Of a stretch of 64,000 nt of DNA, positions 36,283 through 48,174 are shown piece by piece. Both the position numbers and the translations under genes were made by a program. A model generated the notes under the pieces. That model searched no databases, was not told the DNA's origin, and saw nothing but the letters and a program-made list of their open reading frames with translations. Positions within the stretch are counted from its first letter, which is position 1, and the number at the start of each line of letters is the position of its first letter. The DNA is from Hypanus sabinus (Eukaryota): NCBI RefSeq assembly GCF_030144855.1, contig NC_082723.1:27528001-27592000 (forward strand). The letters run 5' to 3'.

Positions 36283-37055
36283 GCTTGTTTCTAAATTATC
36301 CCAGTAGAGGGGGCTGTTGCTGCTTTATTGTGTTGCTCATTAATTCAGGCAAGGTGAAGTGTGTAGAAATGGAGTAAAAGTTTTAACAAAATAATCTTAA
36401 AATACTGTTCATTGCTAAATTACAAATAGCTGCTCTCTGCAAATTCAAGTTCAAGTTTAATTGTCATTTAACCATACATATGTATGTAGCTAAATGGAAC
36501 GGCGTTCCTCTGGGGCAAAGGTGCAAAATACACTACATATAAGTCACACACATATAGTCACAGTCACAGGTTATGAAGTGGAGTGGTAGTATAGTGGTTT
36601 GCACAATGCTTTACAGAACCAGTGACCCTAGTTCAATTCCTGCAGCTGCCTGTAAGGAGTTTGTATGTTCTTCCTGTGAGCACGTGGGTTTCCTCCGGGT
36701 GTCTGATTTCCTCCCACAGTCCATTGTAAATTGTCCCGCGATTGGGCGAGGGTCGTTGGGCAGCGCAGCTTAAAGGGCCAGAAGGCCCTATTCTGTGCTG
36801 TATCTCAATAAATAAATAAACAGAAAAGCAAAATAATATTAGCAGAAGTCCCTGAGTGACATGGCCTGAAGATTAATGGTGCATGGGATGTTGTCCTGGA
36901 GACAAGTTTCTGCAAGAAGTGGGTCTTTGAATCTGAAAAGAAACAATTTTCCTGTCAGAGTTTATAATCCAATGCTGTGTGCACACTATTTTCATTCTTA
37001 ACTGGTTTCAAATAACTTTAACTCAGTGTGATTATCCCCAAAACTTTTCTGTTAG

Positions 37056-37207
37056 GAAGAAGAGGCTAAACAGCTTGTCCGTGATGCCATCGCTGCGGGA
37101 ATTTTCAATGACCTCGGGTCTGGCAGTAACATTGATCTGTGTGTGATAACGAAGAATAAGTTGGACTATCTAAGACCACATAATATTGCTAATAAAAAGG
37201 GCGTGAG
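37056..37207 (+). CDS. PSMB7: PSMB7 penultimate exon: [50 protein letters not shown](R)
   Basis: TTAG acceptor, GTAAGC donor; 152 bp; phase compatible with neighbouring exons; [21 protein letters not shown] signature. Absent from the ORF track. Confidence 0.97.
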
Positions 37208-37248
37208 GTAAGCGTGTGTTCAGCTTTGCACATAGAACTTGAACTATA

Positions 37249-37752
37249 CATTCAGTGGTGACTTTATTAGGTACCCCCTGTATCAAATAAATTGGCCACT
37301 GGGAGTACATTCATGGTCTTCTGCTGCTGTTGCATGTTCAGAGATGCTCTTCTGCATGCCATTGTTGTAACTTGTAGTTATTTGAGATACTGTTGCCTTC
37401 CTGTCAGCTTGAATCAGTTTGACCATTTTCCTCTGACCTTTTATTAACAAAGTATTTTCACCCACAGAACTGCTGGATTTTTTTTTTGTTCTTTTGCACC
37501 ATTGTGTGTGAAAATCCCTGGAGATCAACAGTTTCTGAGATACTCAAGCCACTCTCTCTGGCAACAACAATCATTCCACGGTCAAAGTAATTTAGATCAC
37601 ACTTCTTCCCCATTCTGATGTCTGGTCTGAACAACAACTGAAGCTCTTGACAATGACTGCATGCTTTTATACGTTGTGCTGCCACCACATGATTGGCTGA
37701 TGAGATACTTGCATTATTCAACAGGTATACCTAATAAAGTGACCAGTGAGAG
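37249..37752 (-). mobile_element. Non-autonomous Tc1 derivative, copy 1
   Basis: TIR CA(C/T)TCAGTGG..ACTTTATTAGGTAC; TA flanks; MGKKCDL..FDRGMIV transposase N-terminal remnant. Confidence 0.85.
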
Positions 37753-37754
37753 TA

Positions 37755-38640
37755 GAGTGGTACAGCACAGGAACGGGCCTTGCAACCCACGATGTCTGTA
37801 TCGAACATGATGCTGAATTAAACTGATATACTTCTGCCTGCACATGATCCATATCCCTCCATTCCCTTCATACTCATGTGTCTAAAAGCACCTTAAATAC
37901 CACTGTTGTACCTGCTTGTAATTACCTCTAACAGCCTGTTCCAGGCACCCACCATTCTCTGTGTAGAAGCAAAACTTGGCCGACACATCTCCTTTAAACT
38001 TTCCTCTTGCCTTAAATGCATGTCCTTGAGAACACAGAATATTACAACACAGTGCATGCCCTTTGTTAGTGTGCTGATCTTTTAATCTACTCTAAAATCA
38101 ATCTAACCCTTCCCTCCTATGTAGACCTCCATTTTCCTATTATGCACAACTCTATCTAAGAATTTCTTATAAGTCCCTAAGGTACCTGCCTCTACCACAT
38201 CCTCTGGCAGCATGTTCCACGCACCCACCACTCTCTTACCTCTGGCATCCCCTCCCGTATGCTTTCCTCCAATTGCCTTAAAATGATGCCCCCCTGTTAG
38301 CCATTTCCACCCTAGGAAAAAGTCTCCAGCTATCCATACAATCTATGCCTCTTCTCATCTTGTATACCTCTGTCAAGTCACCTTTTATCCTCTAAATATA
38401 TTTGACATTTATATCCTGGAAAAAGAGATTCTTTGCTATCTGCCCTACTTATGCCCCTCATAATTTTGTAAACCTCTGTCGGGTCTCTCCTTACAGCTCA
38501 CACTCTCTAATCCAGACAATGCCCCAGTGAACCTCGTGTGCATCCTTTCCAAAGTGATCATATCCTTCCTGTAATGGGGTGAGCAGTATTGTGGCTGGAC
38601 CAATGTTTTATATAGCTGCAGTATGATTTTCTTTCTTTGT
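37755..38640 (-). mobile_element. Cluster of nested CR1 3' fragments
   Basis: ILQLYKTLVQPQY..HYRKDM motif and repeated CR1 tails. Confidence 0.7.
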
Positions 38641-39249
38641 AACTTGTTCATAGAATTCACCATTCCATCACCTTTCTGTTGACACCTGGAATTTTCCCCA
38701 TCTACTTAAACCTCTCAACCCTTATAACTTTAACATCTCTTAAGTCTCCTCATAGCTTTCTCTTGGGGAAGTCTCGCCTCTCTTTCTCAGCAGTACCATT
38801 GCTATTCTGCTGAGACTTCACAGCTCCACCTCCAAGTATCTGATAAGCCTCATAAATTGTGGTGCACAGTATTAGTCACAATAATCATTGAGTTTAAAAC
38901 CAGCCCTTCCAGTTTGCAGGTCAGTTGATGAATAATGTTTCAACCTGCAATGTTGCTTTCTCCACAGATGCTGCCCGACCTGCTATGTATTTATTTCAGG
39001 TTTCTAGCATCTGCAGGCTTCTGCTTGTCCAACTTGAATCAGAGTTCTTGCATAGTTACTGCCAATTGAATTCCTCTCGTCAATTTTCACTTGTCTCCAA
39101 GCAGATCATCTGCAGGGGGCAAGTATTCACCACCTTTCAGCAGGCACCGTCACCACTTGCATCATTGATCCCTCTTCATGCCCTCACGATCACGGGTTTC
39201 CTTTGTTCTCTCCACTCCTCCCTGTTCTCTACTGCTAAAGCAGTCTGAC

Positions 39250-40085
39250 CAATGCCTTATAAAGGCTCAGCAATACATCTTCATTTTTATGTTCTAGTCT
39301 TCATGAAATGAATTCTAATATTACATTTGCCTTCATTACTACCGACTCAACCAGCAAGTTAACTTTCAGGGAATCTTGCACTAGGACTCCCATGTCCCTT
39401 TGCACTTTCGATTTCTGAATTTGCTCCCCATTTAGAAAGTAGTCTACTCCTTTATTGCCTTTACTAAAGTGCATAATCATACACTTACCTACACTATATT
39501 CCATCCAGCACTTCTTTGCCATTCTCCTAATCTGGCCAATTCCTTCTGGAGACTCCTCAGTCTTCTCAATTTGTCCTGCCACATTTTAAGGAACAACTAG
39601 TTTACTCTTCCTGCATTCATGTTGTTGTATCATCTCAACATTCCTCCCTAAATGTGCCAGATTGTCCTATCAGAGGCACATACAAAAGGCTGGAGGAACT
39701 CAGTCAGTCAGTCAGACAGCATTATGGGAAGGAATAAAGAGTCGACATTTCAGGCCTAGTTCCTGATGAATGATCTTGGTCCAAAATATCAACTGGTTAT
39801 TACTCTCCAGCGAAGCTGCCTGACCTGCTGAGTTCTTGTATTATTTGTAGCTCTGGATTTCCATCATCTGCAGGATCTCTTGTGTTCATGTCTTACCAGA
39901 GGCTTTGTGCATTGCATACCACATTGGTTTTACATTCTGCATCTGAAATGGCAGGCATGACAGACACTTTGTCCACAGCAGAATAGTCACTGTGACAGCA
40001 CAAGATCAGCGACCAGGCAGTTTATTTTCTGGGGTAACATTAGCAGGATATCAGCGCTCCTTGCTCTGCCAGGATATGATGTTAA
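39250..40085 (-). repeat. Composite unit copy 2 (CR1 fragment plus unclassified segment), with fold-back insertion
   Basis: Reverse-complement homology to 9381-9835. Confidence 0.75.
39678..39888. mobile_element. Fold-back Penelope-like element with 15-bp TSD
   Basis: Inverted arms meeting at CAGGCCTAGTTCCTGATGAA; flanks TGTCCTATCAGAGGC (39663-77) and TGTCTTACCAGAGGC (39889-903). Confidence 0.85.
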
Positions 40086-40159
40086 GTGTCTACTTGAACA
40101 GCTAACACATAGGCAGATACTAGATTTAATACCATTAGTGAATGGGAATGATTTACTTA

Positions 40160-40705
40160 ACAAATAGCCACTTGATTAGGTACAGGATTATACCTAATGC
40201 AGTGGGCACAGGAGTGGAAGCCGGTGTGATCTTCTGCAACTTTAGCCCATCCGTTTCAAGGTTCGATGTGTTGTGCCTTCAGAAATGCTCTTCTATACAC
40301 CACTGTCCGTAACACCTATTTTTTTGAGTTACTGTCAGCTTGAACCAGGCTGGCCATTCCACTTTGATCTTTCTCTTTAACAAAGTGTTTTCATCCACAG
40401 AACTACCACTCACTGGATGTTTTTATTTGTTTGTTTTTCACACCACTCTCTGTAAACTCGAGAGTGAGTTGTGTGTGAAAATCCCAGATCAGCAGTTTCT
40501 GAGATATTCAAACCACCCCGTCTGGGACCAACATCATTCCATAGTCAAAAAGTCACTTAGTTCACATTTCTTTCCCATTCTGATGTTTGGTCTGAACAAC
40601 AGTTGAACCTCTTGACCATGACGGCAATTCTTTAATGCCTCGAGTTGCTGCCACATGGTTAGCTGGTGAGATATTTGCACTAAAGAGCAAGGTGGCCACT
40701 GAATG
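40160..40705 (-). mobile_element. Non-autonomous Tc1 derivative, copy 2
   Basis: GCCACTTGATTAGGTAC ... GTGGCCACTGAATG|TA; MGKKCELSDF remnant. Confidence 0.8.
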
Positions 40706-41945
40706 TATGTGTCATTAGCAAAATCTGATCCAGATTTCTCAAGGATTGCATAGATTGCTTCTGTAGTTTTAGCTTTGCAATGCCTTCTCACTCCCACCCG
40801 TCTTGGAAGGAAGAAAAAAAATGCTATGGCCTGTTATTTCTTGATCCTTTGACCCACCAATTTATACATCCTTTGACCCTCTTTGAAGAAGGTGTAGTAG
40901 TTGCTTAGTTCTGCCCATTCCCTTGGGAAAGAACAGAACCAATGAAGTGTCTCAGCCCAAAACATCCAACTCTCCACTCCTCTCCATAGATGCTGCCTGG
41001 CCTGCTGAGTCTTTCAGCAGTTTGTATGTGTTTATCTGGAACTTAACAGCCAGTATTTTTCCCTACTTAACATAAATCATTGATCTAACTGCATTTCTTT
41101 CTAGCCTCAACAAAATATTCCCCCAGCATTCTTAAAGTCAAATTTCAGAAGAAATTAATTATCAAAGTATTTTATTTATTTATTGAGATACAGTGTAGAA
41201 TAGGCCCTTCCGTCCATTCAAGCCACACCACCCAGCAATCCCCTGATTTAATCCTAACCTAATCCTAGAACAATTTACAATGACCAGTTAACGTACTAAC
41301 CGGTAGGTCTTTGATGTGTGAGGGGAAACCGGAGCACCCAGAAGAAACCCACGCAGTCACAGTGTGAGCGTACAAACATGCTGCCCCATGTTACCATATA
41401 CTATCTTGAGATTAACTTCCATGCAGGGATATACAGAAAATAAATACAATAGAATTTATGATGAACAGTCTATATACACAAAAACTCATTAAATCCTAAT
41501 TATTCAGTAAGAAGCCTCCTATTCTTGGATAAGTTCAGGTTTTTGTATCTTCTGCCCGATGAGAGAGGGAAGAAGAGAGGATGGCTGATGTGTGTAGGAT
41601 CTTTGATAATGTTGGCTGCTTTACTGAGGCAGTGAAGTGTGTCAACAGAGTCTGTGGAGGGGAGATTGGTTACAGTGATGCGCTAAGCCGTGTACACAAC
41701 TCTGCAGTTTCTTGTGATCACAGACAGAGCAGTTATCATACCGAACTGTGGTGCATCTGGATAAGATGCTTTCTTTGGTGTTACGAATGAACACAAAAAC
41801 AAAAGTCAGAATAAAACCCTACAAAGTTGAATCAACTTTGGTATCTCAGTAAGAGGAATAATTGCTTTGATCCTAATGCTGAGAAAGTTTGGTTTCTCTG
41901 TAATAGATATTTATTGTTTGTAATATATTTTCTATTTCCCTTCAG

Positions 41946-42057
41946 GCAAGGCAGCTATAAGTACAGGAGGGGTGTGACAGGAATCCTAACGCAGACGATT
42001 ACTCCACTGGAACTTGAAGTGGTGGAGGAAGTTGTGCATACAATGGACACTTCCTGA
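41946..42057 (+). CDS. PSMB7: PSMB7 last coding exon: (R)QGSYKYRRGVTGILTQTITPLELEVVEEVVHTMDTS*
   Basis: Polypyrimidine tract plus CAG acceptor at 41944-45; completes the AG|G Arg codon; ITPLE.EV.EE.V.TMDTS C-terminus. Confidence 0.97.
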
Positions 42058-42156
42058 AGAACCTGATGTCCTTATTTTCTTCCCACTCTGTCCAGAAGAT
42101 CAAATGGTTACATGTACCTTGAAGTAGCAGGAGATGTGTTCCAATTTTTTTTTCCA

Positions 42157-42162
42157 AATAAA
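42157..42162 (+). promoter_or_regulatory. PSMB7 polyadenylation signal AATAAA
   Basis: 100 nt after the stop codon with T-rich sequence downstream. Confidence 0.75.
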
Positions 42163-43534
42163 GTTGGTCTCCTAAAATATCTTCTTAATCTGCAGTGATT
42201 TTCTTATTAAAATCCTATTTTTTCTGGGAAATGCTCCCTATTTGTAGCTGCCCTCCTTTCTCGACAATCCCTCACTCTGCTGTTAGTCACTTATGTCCAT
42301 GCTTCCTGGGTTTCACAAAGTCAAACAGTCAACAGTGAGGATTACCATGCATTTAACATCAGTACAGGCCCATCAGCCTGTGATGGTGAGCAGTCCTCTT
42401 AATCTAACCCTTCCCTCCCACATAACCCTCCATTTTTCTATCGTCCCTGTGCCTTTATAAGATTCTCTTAAATGTATTCTCGAATATATCTGCTTCTGCC
42501 ACCACTCCTGGCAAGATATTCCACACACCCAACACTGTCTATAAAAAAAAACCCACTAACCTCTGACATTACCTGTATACTTTCCTTCAATCACCATAAA
42601 ATTATGCCCCCTCATTACAGCCACTTCAGCCCTGGGAAAAATGTCTCTGGTTATCCATTTGATCTATCCCTCTTATCCTCTTACTCATCTTACCACCACT
42701 TTTTTTCTCTGAACGAAATCAGTCTTTTCTCTGAACATTTTCCTCTGCTTTTTTTGCTCTTGATCCTTTATTTGCACTCTCATTTCTCATGGTTTCTTTC
42801 TGTCTCTGTATATTCCCTCTTTAATATACTACACCAGCAAGCCTTACTGTCCTACAATTCCCCATGCAGCAGAACCTCTGTTTTGTGACCTGTAGGATAG
42901 TCCTTCATGCTGCAGTTTCATGCATATCACATCTACCGTGTCTGCTTTGGTGCAGCACCCTCTCACAATATGCAGAAACTACAGCAAACTGATAGGTCAG
43001 CAGAAAAGGTTGTTGGCCGTGGTCTATCTTCACTGCAGGGCTTGTATATGTCCAGGACAATGAAGAAGGCAGGAAAAATTAATTGGAGACTCTACCCCGC
43101 CCCCCTAGTAAACCAACCTTTCCGAAAACTGCCTTTTAGAAAGTGATGTAGGCTATTAAAACAAAAGCTTCATGCCATTTTAAAGGTTTCTTCCCCCAGG
43201 TAGTTATATGATCAGCCATTCTAGTTAGCACCTCCTTACCCCATCTATCTGTTAACCCCATCACTGCACTACACTGTAAACATTTTAAACCACATTTTAC
43301 AATGTTTACAGTGTAGATACATGCTAGTATTTATAAACATTTTATTCTATATCTGTCTTCTAATCTCTAGCTTTTCTATATAATTCTTTATATTCGGTGA
43401 ATGTTGTTAGATTTTGTTGTATGTCCACACCACAACAGATTCCTAACACTTAAATATACTTGATGAAGAAGTTGGTTCCTTGATCCTTAATGCATTTTCT
43501 GAATATCTTTCCCGGAGCAATTCTGAGTTCATTG

Positions 43535-44130
43535 AGTCACAGAGCACTACAGCACAGAAACAGGCCCTTTGGCCCATCTAGTCCGTGATAAAGTATTACT
43601 TTGCCTGGTTCCATCAATCTGCACCTAGATTGTACCCCTCCCTTCCATGTGCTTATACAAACATCTCTTAAATAATGCAATTGAATCCGCATTCAGCACT
43701 TTCACAGGGAGCTTGTTCCACACTCTCACCACCTTGAGTGAAGTAGTTCCCTCTCATGTTTCCCTTAAACACTTCACCTTTCACCCTTAACCCATGACCT
43801 CTAGTTCTAGTCGCACCCAAGCTGGATGGAAAAAGCCTGCTTGCATATACCCTATCTATATCCCTCATAATTTTATATACCTCTATCAAATCTCCCCTCA
43901 TTCTCTTACACTCCAGGGAATAAAATACCTCTATTCCACTTTTCACCATAATTCAGGTCCTCAAATCCCAGCAAATTCTTTGTAAATTTTCTTGAGACTC
44001 CTTCATTCTTACTGACATCTTTCCTGTAGGTAAATGACCGGAACTGCATGCTCCAATCGTCTTACACAATTTCAACATCCCAAATCCTAAATTCAATATT
44101 TCAATTTATGGAAGGTCAATATGTTAAAAT
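43535..44130 (-). mobile_element. CR1 3' end
   Basis: RMRGDLIEVYKIMRDIDRV..TRGHGLRVKGE motif. Confidence 0.85.
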
Positions 44131-44554
44131 TAATATGGTTCCCACTCACCCTGTTCATGGACTGTTTAACCCACTCCCATCAGGGAGGAGGCTATGTAGC
44201 ATCCACGCTAGGACCACCAGACTCAAAGCCAGTTACTTTCCCCAAGCAGTAAGACTGATCAACACCTCCACCCACTCACCCACCCCACCACCACCACTTT
44301 ATCATTTATTATCAGTCACCCCTGAAGTGCGGAGGAAACGTGGGAGACTAATGGTCAGTAAGTACGTAAATACCTACCCTACAAACACTCCTGTACCTAG
44401 CGTCACTTTATGGACATACAGTCAATCTATTTAAATAAGCTATCTTATGTATTTATATTTATTGTGTTTTTATTCTTACTGTGTTCTTTATATTATTGAG
44501 ACGTGCTGTATCTGATCTGGAGTAACAATTATTTTGTTTTCTTTTAAACTTAAG

Positions 44555-45365
44555 GTTATAGCTGGGAGTGGTAGTGATGCTAAGTTCCCACTACCTATTA
44601 AAACTTGCCAATGGCATGCATCTCAAATAGCCTCTGACCACATCCAGCTCCTGGCCTTCACATGTGGCTTAGCTACGAAGACCAGTGGAGCCATTTCTAA
44701 TAGTAATAGGCAACTGTTAGTCTCGTGAGACCATAGATTTGCACCTTGGAAGGTTTTTCCAGGGCGCAGGACTGGGTAGGGTTGTATGGGAGACCGGCAG
44801 TTGCCCAAGCTGCAAGCCTTCCCCTCTCCACGCCACTGATGTTGTTGCAGAGCAATGTGTTGTTAAGTGCCTTGCTCAAGGACACAAACACGCTGCCTCA
44901 GCTGAGGCTCAAACCATTGACCTTCAGGTTACTAGTCTGATGCCTTATCCATTAGGCCACGCACCAACACTGTGCCATTTCTACTGACTGGGCAAGAGAC
45001 AAGGGCCTGTAAAACAGTTGCTTCTGGCAGATGGGGTTGTCAGCTCATCTGGGAGGAAAGCTCTGGCCTGAAATCCCTGCTGCCTTGTGGCTATACCCAC
45101 TCATGGGGAAGGTTTCAGGAGTAAACTCCAAAGAAAAATCCTGGAGCTGGAGTCCCTAAGACATACTAGGTTGAGTTCAACGCTGACTGGCAACACATGT
45201 GAAGCTGCTGGTACCAAACTCTGGTCCCTGCCATTCCTTTGGATTCATCAGCTGTGTGGAGAGGGGGAGCCTGCTGCATGGGCTATCTCTCACTCTCCAT
45301 ACCGTACTGCCCTGGCTTGTGTATCATGCAGACCACCAGGACACAACATCAACGGTTGACCCCAA
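44555..45365 (+). mobile_element. RTE-related non-autonomous element, itself inside a Rex1-like 3' tail and hosting a SINE
   Basis: GGAGTAAAC...AAAATCCTGGAGCTGGAGTCCCTAAG RTE-like 5' UTR; Rex1-like tail sequence resumes at about 45375. Confidence 0.5.
44700..44973 (-). mobile_element. tRNA-derived SINE with 10-bp TSD
   Basis: Minus strand: A-box TGGCCTAATGG, B-box-like GGTTTGAGCCT, GTGTCCTTGAGCAAGGCACTTAAC; TSD GCCATTTCTA at 44690-99 and 44974-83. Confidence 0.85.
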
Positions 45366-46451
45366 CCGATGGTGGGCCTTTATACTTGTGTACTGAAAAT
45401 GACATGAAACAACCTTGAATTTTGGTAAAAGAGCAATTGCATGAAAATAATAGAATAGCAAGTTTTAGTTGCAAAGAAAGTCTCTAAGTAGTTATTTTTT
45501 ATTCTGTTAGTATGCTGCAAATCATTTGATTTTAATGGTAGGCAGATTGATTTACAAAACTTTGCAAGCTCGATATAAGAGTAACACTATGAAGTTTTAA
45601 ATCCATGCATCACCCGGTTAAAATAATAGATGCAGGAACAATTTTACACCTTAGTGTAAGCAACTATATTTGTGAATATGTCATTACTCTACATTGTATA
45701 CAATGTTCCTAATATTAGCCTGCATAACTAATTAATGCAGAGTTTTGGTCCACAGTGTAATTCAGTAAACGTCTACGTAAATAATGGATTGCTTCATCAT
45801 GAGGATTGTATCAGAGTACTGGTTCCATCTATACAGACTGGAGATACGACTCCATTTTAAAATGTAAGCTCGTCCTTATGCCTGTGTGTTCTCACGTGAT
45901 GCCCATTGACAAGTGGTCTTCAATTCCCTCACAATCCCTTGGCAGGTCAAGTACCAGGAATGAAGTCTAGGGAAATACAACAAACCTCTGAACGTCTGTC
46001 ACACTAAAGCACTATATCTTTTTCTTTGTGTGTTTCACGAATCCAGTACATTGGAAAACATTCACATTTTACAAGGCATTCACAGCTGGTAAATCGACCA
46101 GATTGTTGCAAGGGCCACACTGCTCCTGGCTAATCAGTATTGACAGTGTTGAAAACATCACCGTTACTGCATGCTGTAAACCCAGCCCATCTAAGACACA
46201 TCACTCCGGGTCTTTGTGTTCACTGAATATTTCCTGTTGAGCCATGCCCAAGATCTTATACTGTTTCTTCTGAGAACTCAAATGCATTTTTTTTGTGTGT
46301 GTTTTTAATCCATTGTATGTGAAAATAACCACAGATTAGTCTGCGTCTGTGAGTGACAGTGGTTAAACACGGCAAGTACAGACACTGTTCTGAGGGCTGA
46401 AGAGTTTTTCTGTCGCCAATAGTCTGACTTGGAGAGAAAGCATATGAGATA

Positions 46452-47003
46452 CACTCAGTGGCCACTTCATTAGCTACCTTCTGTACCTAATAAAGTAGCC
46501 ACAGAGTATATGTTTGTGGTCTGCTGCTGTAGCCCGTCCATTTCAAGGTTCGATGTGTTGTACATCCAGAGATGCTCTCCTGCACACCACTGTTGTAACA
46601 CATGGTTACTTGGGTTACTGTTGCCTTCCTGTCAGCATGATCCAGTCTGGCCATTCTCCTCTGACCTCGCTCATTAACGAGGCATTTTCACCCACTGAAC
46701 TGCTCCTCATTGGATGTTTTTTTTTCACACCATTCTCTGTAAACCCCAGAGACTGTTTTGTGTGAAAATCCCAGAACAGCAATTCCCGAGACGCTAAAAC
46801 CATCACATCTGGCATCGATAATCATTCCACGGTCAAAGTCACTGAAATCACATTTCTTCCCCATTCTGATGTTTGGTCTGAACAACAACTGAACCTCTTG
46901 ACCATGTCTACATGCTTTTATATATTGAATTGCTGCCACATGATTGGCTGATTAGATATTTGCATTAATGAGCAAATGTACCTAATAAAGTGGCCAATTA
47001 GTG
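46452..47003 (-). mobile_element. Non-autonomous Tc1 derivative, copy 3 (best preserved, 552 bp)
   Basis: TA|CACTCAGTGGCCACTTCATTAG ... CTAATAAAGTGGCCAATTAGTG|TA; MGKKCDFSDFDRGMIIDAR. Confidence 0.9.
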
Positions 47004-48063
47004 TATAATTCCTTTTCCGCTCACTGTCCTTGAATTAATTTTCAATGAGGAGATTTATAATGAGATGAAGAATTTTGTATGGTTACAGTTTTGTATGAAG
47101 AAATGAATTAGGAAGGCTCAGTTATATTTGGCACTTGGAGATTGTTTGCTAGATAATCTTCTGGCCACATTAAAGGCACACAAGGTCTTGGCCTTCGCAT
47201 CAGCTGAGTGTTCTCACTATCACTCACTCCCCTGGTTATAAAGACCTCCAACTCAACTGTAATCTCAGTCAAAGACTGATCACATCGAAAATGCGAGAAG
47301 GCAGTGAGTCAGTCGTTGTTAAAAATGTAATATCACCGTGGTTTGACTCCGTACAATGGAGCAAGTCGAGATAAACTGCGGTTAAGGCGAGAAAGGGAAA
47401 AATAGAACAAGATTACATTACTGTACCGTTACTGGAGTATTTGACATACAAATACACATCAACACTGTGTTCCCCTGGAAGTACACTAAATAACTCTGAA
47501 AAGATATCCTTCTCTAAACTATTTAGTAAAAATATCTTATGTAGACTAATTTTCTAACATTGCTGAGAATAGTCTATCATTTCTATTTCAATATTTTTCT
47601 TACAGAGTGTGTTAGGGGAACCATGTAGCTCAACACTTTCCTTGCTTGTCTTACCACACTGACAATTGTTAGACCATAATAATAATGTGTACTGAATTCT
47701 GTTTTACATAATGGTTCTACATTGTTTAACATCACTGCTTTGAAATTTCATAAACAGAAATGAGAGTAAGAAATTATAAAGCATATCTCTAAATACATTT
47801 TGAAAATAACACAGAAGCACGGAGACTATGTCATTCCTTTAGCATTTGGTCAGATAACCGAACTTAACCATTCTACGGAGGCTAAAATCTATTCTAACTG
47901 TCCGTACAGTGTTATTTAGTTCCAAAATGGGTCTATCTCATTCCGCTGGCGGCACTTTTCTCCCTTCAGATCTTTGCTGGTGTTTATTTTGCTTCCTTCA
48001 AACAAACTTTAGGCAAGGCTATGCTGTAATTGTTCTCAGGCAGGCCTCTGCAAGGCTGGCTGT

Positions 48064-48174
48064 TCAGGTACTTGCTGTCCACCCGTGCATCTGCTTTGCG
48101 ATTTGGTGCATGAAGCTTATATCTGGTCGAAGGTCGGGCTCAGGGTTGATGCACATGATCACCAGTTCTCGTAG
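48064..48174 (-). CDS. NEK6: NEK6 last coding exon: [36 protein letters not shown]
   Basis: Minus-strand acceptor TCTTTCCGTAG; 111 bp ending in TGA; matches the NEK6/7 C-terminus with NEK6-type residues; adjacent to PSMB7 as in human. Absent from the ORF track. Confidence 0.93.
   Translation of the reverse strand, partial: LRELVIMCINPEPDLRPDISFMHQIAKQMHGWTAST

Noticed and set aside
15729-42057. PSMB10 instead of PSMB7
   Set aside because: GSGSLAAMAVFED, the TMDTS terminus and NEK6 adjacency fit PSMB7
44880-44970. tRNA gene on minus strand
   Set aside because: tRNA-like head is followed by a SINE body and bounded by a TSD; the B-box is degenerate
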